DNA from: an uncultured Clostridia bacterium
GTDB lineage: Bacteria > Bacillota > Clostridia > TANB77 > CAG-508
Direction: 5' to 3'
Length of the DNA stretch: 64,000 bases
NCBI GenBank assembly: GCA_944391755.1
Contig: CALXUT010000012.1
Span: 9,727-73,726 of the forward strand
Each line of letters opens with the position of its first letter. The first letter of the stretch is position 1. Shown in pieces: positions 57,453 through 64,000 of the stretch. Under the pieces are notes generated by a model that saw nothing but the letters and a program-made list of their open reading frames with translations, did not search any database and was not told the origin of the DNA. The position numbers and the translations under genes were made by a program.

Positions 57453-58048
57453 AAACAATAAAAGAAATTATAAAAAAAATAATCAGAGTAATTGTAAGAA
57501 CAGCTATACGAATCTATTTTGCTATTGTATATCGTGTAAAAGTCATAGGAACAGAAAATATACCAAAAAATAAAAAAGAGCCATTAATTTATTGTGGAAA
57601 TCACAGAACATATGCAGATCCACCGCTAATAGTTGTTACAGCTAAAAGGCATGTACGATTTTTAGCAAAAGAAGAATTAAGAAAAAATCCATTCTTTGCT
57701 TTTTTAGGTGTTGTATTTGGAGGGATTTATGTAAAAAGAGATTCAAAAGATGTATCAGCTTTAAAAACAACATTAAAAGCTTTGAAAAATGGAGAAAGTA
57801 TAGCATTATTTCCAGAAGGAACAAGGCATGGAATGGATAAAGGAGAAAAAGCAAAAGATGGCGCTGCATTTTTTGCAGTGAGAACAGGAGCAAAAGTAAT
57901 ACCTGTTGGAATTAGTGGAGGAGAAAAGCCATTTCAAAAAATGACAATCCAATATGGTAAGCCAATGGATTTTAGTAATAGATCAAAAGACGAATTAGAT
58001 GAAATTACAGATGAAATCATGAATAAAATCATTGAATTATCTAAGTGA
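57449..58048 (+). CDS. plsC: 1-acyl-sn-glycerol-3-phosphate acyltransferase
   Basis: CGNHRTYADP (HX4D) and FPEGTRH. Confidence 0.88.
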   Translation: MKTIKEIIKKIIRVIVRTAIRIYFAIVYRVKVIGTENIPKNKKEPLIYCGNHRTYADPPLIVVTAKRHVRFLAKEELRKNPFFAFLGVVFGGIYVKRDSKDVSALKTTLKALKNGESIALFPEGTRHGMDKGEKAKDGAAFFAVRTGAKVIPVGISGGEKPFQKMTIQYGKPMDFSNRSKDELDEITDEIMNKIIELSK

Positions 58049-58120
58049 AATTCTAATATATTACTATTTCGTAGTCAAAACATAGCTGGGGTTTTCCTAC
58101 GGGTCTTGACTTACTCAATA
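58045..58120 (+). repeat. Conserved-apex hairpin element, copy 3 (first unit of a 76-nt tandem duplication)
   Basis: gtgaaattctaatatattactatttcgta-GTCAAAACATAGCTGGGGTTTTCCTACGGGTCTTGAC-ttactcaata. It begins within the plsC stop codon. Confidence 0.85.
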
Positions 58121-58213
58121 GTGAAATTCTAATATATTACTATTTCGTAGTCAAAACATAGCTAGGGTCTTCCTACAGGTCTTGACTTACTCAATAGTAA
58201 TATATTAGAATTT
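58121..58213 (+). repeat. Conserved-apex hairpin element, copy 4 (second tandem unit plus the complete right arm)
   Basis: It has the same 76-nt unit with 3 substitutions, all in the apex (GCTAGGGTCTTCCTACAGG). The right arm aatagtaatatattagaattt pairs with the left arm aaattctaatatattactatt. Confidence 0.85.
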
Positions 58214-58242
58214 AATATTAAAAAGTAGAAGGAGAAGAGAAA

Positions 58243-60066
58243 ATGAATAACCAAAAAATAAGAAATATAGCAATAATCGCACACGTAGATCATGGAAAAA
58301 CAACATTAGTAGATGCTTTGTTAAAACAAAGTCATGTTTTTAGAGATAATGAACAAGTACAAGAAAGAGTAATGGATTCCAATGATCAAGAAAAAGAAAG
58401 AGGAATTACCATTTTAGCAAAAAATACAGCAGTTATGTATAATGATGTAAAAATAAATATAGTAGATACACCTGGACATGCTGATTTTGGTGGAGAAGTA
58501 GAAAGAGTATTAAAAACTGTAGATGGTGTATTATTATTGGTAGATGCTTTTGAAGGTGCAATGCCACAAACAAGAGAAGTTTTGAAAAAATCATTAGCAT
58601 TAAATTTAAAACCGATTGTTGTTATTAATAAAATTGATAGACCAGGAGCAGAACCACAAAAAGTTGTAGACCAAGTAATGGAATTATTTATCGAATTAGA
58701 TGCAAATGATGATCAACTAGATTTTCCAGTATTATATGCATCTGCTAAAAATGGAACTTGTAAAATGAATTTAAACGATCCAGATGGAGATTTTACCTGT
58801 TTATTTGAAACCATAATTAATACCATAAAAGCTCCAGATTGTGATGAAGAAGGACCAGCACAAATGCTAGTGTCTAATATAGATTATGATGATTATGTTG
58901 GAAGAATTGCTGTTGGAAGAATAGAAAGAGGAACTATTAAACTTGGAATGCCTGTAAGTATATGTGAGAGTGATAACAAAATTTCACAAGGGAAAGTTGC
59001 AAAAGTATATACACATATGGGATTAAAAAAAGTAGAAGTTGAAGAAGCGAAAGCAGGAGATATCATAGAAATAGCAGGTATACCAAATATTCATATTGGA
59101 GATACCATATGTGATTTTAACCATCCAGAAAAAATACCATTTGTGGATATAGATGAACCAACAGTATCTATGACATTTAGTGTCAATAATGGACCATTTG
59201 CTGGAAGAGAAGGGCAATTTATTACATCAAGACATTTAAGAGATAGATTATTTAAAGAATTAGATAGAAATGTAAGTTTAAGAGTAAAAGAAACAGATTC
59301 TCCAGATGCATTTGAAGTATCTGGAAGAGGAGAGCTACATTTATCAGTTTTAATAGAAACAATGAGAAGAGAAGGGTATGAACTATTGGTATCAAGACCA
59401 AAAGTAATTATAAAAGAAATAGATGGTGTAAAATGCGAACCAATTGAGAGACTTGTTGTCAATGTACCAGATGATTGTGTTGGAAATGTTATAGAAAAAT
59501 TAGGAAAAAGAAAAGCTGAAATGGTAAATATGGAACCAGCAGAACAAGGACATACAAAAATAGAATTTAAAATACCAGCAAGAGGATTAATTGGATATAG
59601 AACAGAATTTCTTACAGATACAAAAGGAGAAGGGGTTATGAATCATATATTTGATTCATATGAACCATATAAAGGAGATGTTGTTTCAAGAGTAAGGGGA
59701 ACAATTGTCGCTTTTGAATCTGGAACATCTATTACATATGGCCTATATAATGCACAAGATAAAGGCGAACTATTTATAGGACCTGGGGTAGAAGTGTATG
59801 AAGGAATGATTGTTGGATTAAATTCAAGAGGAGAAGATTTAGCCATCAATGTATGTAAAGAAAAACATTTAACAAATACAAGAGCTTCAGGTTCAGATGA
59901 TGCATTGCGTTTAGTTCCACCAATTCAAATGTCATTGGAAAAAGCGATAGAATTTATCCAAGATGACGAATTAGTTGAAGTAACTCCTAAATCAATAAGG
60001 CTAAGAAAAAAAATACTAGATAATAAGGAAAGAGAAAGAGCGGCTAGAAATGCAATGAAACAATAA
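58243..60066 (+). CDS. typA: Translational GTPase TypA/BipA
   Basis: AIIAHVDHGKTTL, DTPGHADFGGEVER and NKIDRP. 607 aa. Confidence 0.93.
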   Translation: MNNQKIRNIAIIAHVDHGKTTLVDALLKQSHVFRDNEQVQERVMDSNDQEKERGITILAKNTAVMYNDVKINIVDTPGHADFGGEVERVLKTVDGVLLLVDAFEGAMPQTREVLKKSLALNLKPIVVINKIDRPGAEPQKVVDQVMELFIELDANDDQLDFPVLYASAKNGTCKMNLNDPDGDFTCLFETIINTIKAPDCDEEGPAQMLVSNIDYDDYVGRIAVGRIERGTIKLGMPVSICESDNKISQGKVAKVYTHMGLKKVEVEEAKAGDIIEIAGIPNIHIGDTICDFNHPEKIPFVDIDEPTVSMTFSVNNGPFAGREGQFITSRHLRDRLFKELDRNVSLRVKETDSPDAFEVSGRGELHLSVLIETMRREGYELLVSRPKVIIKEIDGVKCEPIERLVVNVPDDCVGNVIEKLGKRKAEMVNMEPAEQGHTKIEFKIPARGLIGYRTEFLTDTKGEGVMNHIFDSYEPYKGDVVSRVRGTIVAFESGTSITYGLYNAQDKGELFIGPGVEVYEGMIVGLNSRGEDLAINVCKEKHLTNTRASGSDDALRLVPPIQMSLEKAIEFIQDDELVEVTPKSIRLRKKILDNKERERAARNAMKQ

Positions 60067-60077
60067 AGGAGAAAAAT

Positions 60078-60368
60078 ATGTATAAGGATTTTTATCAAAG
60101 TAATAGAAATTATAAAAAGAATTTTGCAAAATTAATTGATATAGAATATCAACAAAGAAAAAGACAAGAAGAAAAGGTCGAATCAGAAGATACAACTCTT
60201 AGAAAAGAAATCCATGTATTTATTGCCAAAAATGCAACAAGGACAAAAAGTAAAGAACAATTATTAAGTTTATTAGAAGAACAATTTTCAGATCCTAAGT
60301 ATGAAAAATATCATCAATATTTTGAACGATGGGTTTCTGATGCTGTTAGAGGGGATGAAGAAAGATAA
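60078..60368 (+). CDS. Hypothetical small protein
   Basis: 96-aa ORF with an SD (AAAGGAGAAAAATATG). No family was recognised. Confidence 0.45.
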   Translation: MYKDFYQSNRNYKKNFAKLIDIEYQQRKRQEEKVESEDTTLRKEIHVFIAKNATRTKSKEQLLSLLEEQFSDPKYEKYHQYFERWVSDAVRGDEER

Positions 60369-60374
60369 CAAAAA

Positions 60375-60962
60375 ATGAATAAAAAAGAATTAGAAAAAAT
60401 AAAACAAAAAGCATTAGAAGAACATATACCAATCATCATGGATGACACCTTAGAAGTTGTAGATAAAGTATTAACAGAGGTAAAACCAAAAAGAATATTA
60501 GAAATAGGGACAGCAGTAGGATATTCTGCAATTTGCTTTTCAGAATACCTACAAGAAGGTGGAAAAATCGATACAATAGAAAGAGAGAAAGACAGAATAG
60601 AAGAAGCAAAAAGAAATATAGAAAAAGTCGGAGTTGCAGATAAAATAACTATATATGAAGGAGATGCAGTAGAGATATTACCAACTTTAAATAATCAATA
60701 TGATGTTGTATTTATTGATGCTGCAAAAGGAAAGTATCCATTTTTCTTAAAAGAGGCATTAAGAATGATTAATAAAAATGGAATGATATTAGCAGATAAT
60801 ATCTTATATAAAGGCTATGTTATGAGTGATTATAATAAGCATAAACAAAGAACAGCAGTCAGAAATTTAAGAGAATATGTGAAAGAAGTAACCGAAAATC
60901 CGAATATTGAAACAGAAATTTTAGAAGTAGGAGATGGACTAGCCATTAGTAAAATTTTATAA
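60375..60962 (+). CDS. SAM-dependent O-methyltransferase, class I family 3 (YrrM/TrmR-like)
   Basis: ILEIGTAVGYSA, VFIDAAKGKY and ILADNILYKG. It precedes a U32 peptidase gene, as yrrM-yrrN-yrrO do in Bacillus. Confidence 0.8.
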   Translation: MNKKELEKIKQKALEEHIPIIMDDTLEVVDKVLTEVKPKRILEIGTAVGYSAICFSEYLQEGGKIDTIEREKDRIEEAKRNIEKVGVADKITIYEGDAVEILPTLNNQYDVVFIDAAKGKYPFFLKEALRMINKNGMILADNILYKGYVMSDYNKHKQRTAVRNLREYVKEVTENPNIETEILEVGDGLAISKIL

Positions 60963-60965
60963 AAA

Positions 60966-61011
60966 CTAAAACACGCACTTAGAAATTATTCTTAGTGCGT
61001 GTTTTAGTTAT
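60966..61011. terminator. Bidirectional terminator shared by the methyltransferase and the RSH gene
   Basis: aaaactaaaacacgcactaag-aaattattc-ttagtgcgtgttttagtt. Confidence 0.7.
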
Positions 61012-61023
61012 GTTGCGAAAAGG

Positions 61024-61875
61024 TTAGAAGGTTTTGACTCTGTGAGTCAGAACCAGCGGTTCTTCTAAACCGATAAAGTCATAGACTTTACCATTAGAAA
61101 GGCCATACCCGGGAATGTGAACCCGAGTCTTATCGAATGTTATTTTTGGATATTTCAGGTCCTTATACCTACCATGCTCTGCAGTACCATCAACGGCTTC
61201 TAGATGCATTCCAAAAGTCCGAAGCTGGATTTCAAAGCAATACCCCTTTGTAGGAGAACGAAAAGTGATATGCAAAGACTGATATCCGTTTTTCTTGGGT
61301 GAAAAGACATAATCTTTAACACCATAAAGGTACGAACTGGAAATCTCACTTTTCTCCGGAATAAATAGTTTTGAGCGCTCAGGAGCATCTTCTGCCATTG
61401 TGTTTGATGGCTCATCTGCCTCACAAAGGATTAATCCTTTATCGACAAAGAACTGAATGATTGCATTCGCCGTGTGGTAAAGTTTTGATACTAACTCAGG
61501 AGAAGAGTTGGTATCTTCTCCGAAGACCAAAATCCGATAAGCAAATGCGTCTCTGAACAAATCAAGAGACTGCTTATCATTCAACAGCTTACACAACTTC
61601 CTTTCGGTAGAAATCAAAGATTTCCGGCGCCCATCTATGCAGTAATGCAAATCAGGTAATGTTTCATCAAGAACCTTATAAAGGTTCTCAAAAGTTCTTC
61701 TGACGATTCTGAGAAATTGCCTGTCTGAAATCAGATCATTATAACTTCTCAAAGCTGTTGCATGTGCGATGCTTTCGAAATCCTCTCCTTTCCGCAATTC
61801 AGCCTCATAGAGGCTTAGGATGTCTGGAATACTTTTTCCCTGATAAATGAATTCAGGGAGTCTGCTTTCAATCAT
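61024..61875 (-). CDS. Stand-alone RelA/SpoT-homolog synthetase-domain protein (small alarmone synthetase-like nucleotide pyrophosphokinase), atypical GC
   Basis: 283 aa. The motifs occur in order: GRRKSLISTERKL, DAFAYRILV, KNGYQSLHITF, and FEIQLRTFGMHLEAVDGTAEHGRYK. GC is visibly about 40%, against about 28-30% in the neighbours, and it uses codons such as ctc, ccc, cgg and gcc. It has its own promoter. Confidence 0.8.
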   Translation of the reverse strand: MIESRLPEFIYQGKSIPDILSLYEAELRKGEDFESIAHATALRSYNDLISDRQFLRIVRRTFENLYKVLDETLPDLHYCIDGRRKSLISTERKLCKLLNDKQSLDLFRDAFAYRILVFGEDTNSSPELVSKLYHTANAIIQFFVDKGLILCEADEPSNTMAEDAPERSKLFIPEKSEISSSYLYGVKDYVFSPKKNGYQSLHITFRSPTKGYCFEIQLRTFGMHLEAVDGTAEHGRYKDLKYPKITFDKTRVHIPGYGLSNGKVYDFIGLEEPLVLTHRVKTF

Positions 61876-61910
61876 AAGATGTTCGCATCCTTTCTATATA
61901 GTATACATAA

Positions 61911-61939
61911 ATTATATCACATTATATAAGAATAGTCAA
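61911..61939 (-). promoter_or_regulatory. Consensus promoter of the RSH gene
   Basis: On the minus strand: TTGACT (61939-61934), a 17-nt spacer, then TATAAT (61916-61911). Confidence 0.65.
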
Positions 61940-61967
61940 AATTATGTAATCATATGTCCTTAAAGAA

Positions 61968-61995
61968 TTGACAAATTCGAGATTTCTGGTAAAAT
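61968..61995 (+). promoter_or_regulatory. Promoter of the U32 peptidase/rlmN unit, divergent from the RSH promoter
   Basis: TTGACA (61968-61973), a 16-nt spacer ending in TGG (extended -10), then TAAAAT (61990-61995). Confidence 0.6.
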
Positions 61996-62065
61996 ATAAA
62001 ATAGATGTTTAAAAAATGAAGAAAAAATTTTAAGAGACATTAACATAATTGAAAGGAAATAAAAT

Positions 62066-63295
62066 ATGAAAGAAGTAGAATTATTAGCACCAGCAGGTTC
62101 ATTTGAAAATGCAAAAATAGAATTTGTGAATGGAGCGGATGCAGTATAGAGTGGAACCTCATCATTATCATTAAGAACAAGAGCAGACATGGGAGATAAT
62201 GATTTAATCGATACCATAAAATATGCACATAGTATAGGAAAAAAAGTATATGTAACATTAAACATATTTGCATGGGATGAAAAATATGAAGAAATCATAG
62301 AAATGGCAAAAAAATTAGAAGAATTAAAACCTGATGGAATCATTGCAGCAGATGGAGGCGTTATTGATGTATTAAAACAATATGCACCAAGTATTCCTAT
62401 TAATGTAAGTACACAAGCCAATATTGTAAGTTTGCATGCATGCAATTTTTGGCACAGAAATGGTGCCAAAAGAATGATAATGGCAAGAGAAATGAATAAG
62501 GAACAATTAAAATACATCATGGAAAATAAACCAGAAGATATGGAAATCGAAATCTTTATCCATGGTGCTATATGTTTTGCTTATTCTGGAAGATGTTTTT
62601 TAAGTGATTTTCTAGCATGTAGAAGTGCCAATTTAGGAGATTGTGCACAAAGTTGTAGATGGTCCTATAATTTATATGCAGAAGAGAGAAACAATCCAGG
62701 ACAATTGATGCCAATTGAAACAAATGAATATGGAACAAGTATATTTTCATCAAAAGATTTATGTTTAATAAAAGAAATACCAGAAATCATAGAAATGGGT
62801 GTGGATAGCTTAAAAATAGAGGGAAGATTAAAAACAGAATATTATGTTGCAAGTATTGTAAATGTTTATAGAAATGCAATTGATGATTATAAAAAAGACC
62901 CAGAACATTATGAATATACAAAATACTTAAAAGAAATTGAAAAAATAAAAACAAGAGAATTAACAACTTTTTATTTTAATGACAGGAAAAATACAGATAT
63001 CCAAGAATATGATGGACATCAATATAATGAAAAATATCAATTTGGAGGAAAAGTGGTAGAATATGATGGAGATAAAGCCATTATCAATATACGAAACAGA
63101 TTACAAGTGGGAGATACAATGGAAATCATCGTACCACATAGGTTGGAACCAGTAGAATTTAAAATTGATAAAATGTGGGATATAGAAACAAATCAAGAAA
63201 TTGATGTTGTAAACCCAGGAGTAAAAGACCAAAAAGTAAAAATGATATTACCAATAAAGTGTGAAAAAGATTGGATAATTAGGAGAAAAAAATGA
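62066..63295 (+). pseudogene. Peptidase U32 (YrrN/YrrO-like) interrupted by an in-frame TAG at 62147-62149
   Basis: ATG at 62066 after GAAAGGAAATAAAAT. MKEVELLAPAGSFENAKIEFVNGADAV*SGTSSLSLRTRADMGDNDLIDTIKYAHSIGKKVYVTLNIF is continuous and in frame with ORF 62189..63295. Homologs have an aromatic residue at the stop position (GADAV[YF]xGG). Confidence 0.75.
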
Positions 63296-64000
63296 AAAAT
63301 ATAAAAGACTATGACTTAGATGCATTAAAAGAAGAATTTATAAACATGGGAGAAAAAGCATTTAGAGCAGAGCAAGTATTTAAATGGATATATGAATCAA
63401 AAGTAAGTTCATTTGATGAAATGACAAATTTATCATTAGAATTAAGAGGAAAATTAAAGCAAAACTACACAATGTGTAATTTTAATATAATAAAAAAACA
63501 AGAATCATCAGATGGAACCAAAAAATATTTATTTGATGTATTAGATGAAAATGCGATTGAAACTGTATTAATGAGCTATCATCATGGATATAGTATATGT
63601 GTATCATCACAAATAGGATGTAAAATGGGATGTAAATTTTGTGCATCAACAGGAATAAATTTCATTCGAGACTTAACATCAGGAGAAATTGTAGAACAAA
63701 TTCTAGCAGTAGAAAGAGATAATCAAATTAGAATATCTAATGTTGTATTTATGGGAATAGGAGAACCATTAGACAATTATGATAATGTAGTAAATGCTAT
63801 TCGAATTATTAATAATCCAAAAGGAATTAATATAGGAGCAAGACATATCAGTATATCAACAAGTGGATTAGTTCCTAAAATCTATCAGTTAGCAGAAGAA
63901 AATATTCAATGTACATTATCCATATCCTTACATGCAACTACAGATGAAAAAAGAAGTAGTATGATGCCAGTCAATAATCGATACAATATAGAAGAACTAT
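63292..64000 (+). CDS. rlmN: 23S rRNA/tRNA m2A methyltransferase RlmN (radical SAM), 5' part. The gene runs off the window.
   Basis: MKNIKDYDLDALKEEFINMGEKAFRAEQVFKWIY, CKMGCKFCAST and FMGIGEPLDN. Its start overlaps the U32 stop (ATGA). Confidence 0.9.
   Translation, partial: MKNIKDYDLDALKEEFINMGEKAFRAEQVFKWIYESKVSSFDEMTNLSLELRGKLKQNYTMCNFNIIKKQESSDGTKKYLFDVLDENAIETVLMSYHHGYSICVSSQIGCKMGCKFCASTGINFIRDLTSGEIVEQILAVERDNQIRISNVVFMGIGEPLDNYDNVVNAIRIINNPKGINIGARHISISTSGLVPKIYQLAEENIQCTLSISLHATTDEKRSSMMPVNNRYNIEEL

Noticed and set aside
58045-58213. A possible mini-CRISPR array (two direct repeats)
   Set aside because: The 76-nt units abut with no spacers. They are far longer than CRISPR repeats, no cas genes are in the window, and the same core occurs as single hairpins elsewhere.
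62147-62149. TAG as a recoded sense codon (pyrrolysine or a genetic-code variant)
   Set aside because: TAG terminates many well-defined genes in this window (the PilO-like gene, pilD, glcK, mtaB, rimO, the 12493 ORF). No pyl genes or PYLIS-like context was seen. A point mutation or sequencing error is more parsimonious.
61960-62520. A 186-aa minus-strand ORF upstream of the RSH gene, considered as a possible antitoxin or partner
   Set aside because: It is antisense to the conserved U32 peptidase coding sequence and runs across both divergent promoters. Its composition is that of an AT-rich antisense frame, so it is not a credible antitoxin.

Overview
This is an AT-rich chromosomal segment (about 28-30% GC by eye) from a spore-forming, Clostridia-like Firmicute. 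Sporulation genes present are spoVAC, spoVG, bofA and dpaA. Most of the window is housekeeping. It holds a complete type IV pilus locus (fused pilM/N, pilO-like, pilin, pilD, two minor pilins, pilB, pilT, pilC). It also holds a large fab/acc fatty-acid synthesis cluster (fabH to fabI), plus translation and RNA genes (mtaB, rnj, gltX, serS, pth, rimO, typA, rlmN) and cell-envelope genes. The most interesting features are these. (1) A tRNA-Tyr(GUA) gene is split by a 235-nt ORF-less group I intron, and a free-standing I-Ssp6803I-like PD-(D/E)XK endonuclease gene follows immediately. This could be a trans-acting (collaborative) homing module. (2) A repeat family of about 80-nt hairpins has variable complementary arms around a conserved roughly 40-nt apex. 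It occurs four times, always on the + strand. (3) GC-rich REP-like palindromes occur at two loci. (4) Two antisense single-gene insertions have atypically high GC: an orphan RelA/SpoT-domain gene and a 122-aa ORF that splits fabZ from accC. (5) A pilin-leader family lacks Glu5 and is attached to large surface proteins outside the pilus locus. (6) A dockerin-bearing glucosaminidase sits next to a cohesin-like anchored protein. (7) Two genes carry in-frame lesions (bofA frameshift, U32 peptidase TAG). No CRISPR array, rRNA or canonical IS element was seen.
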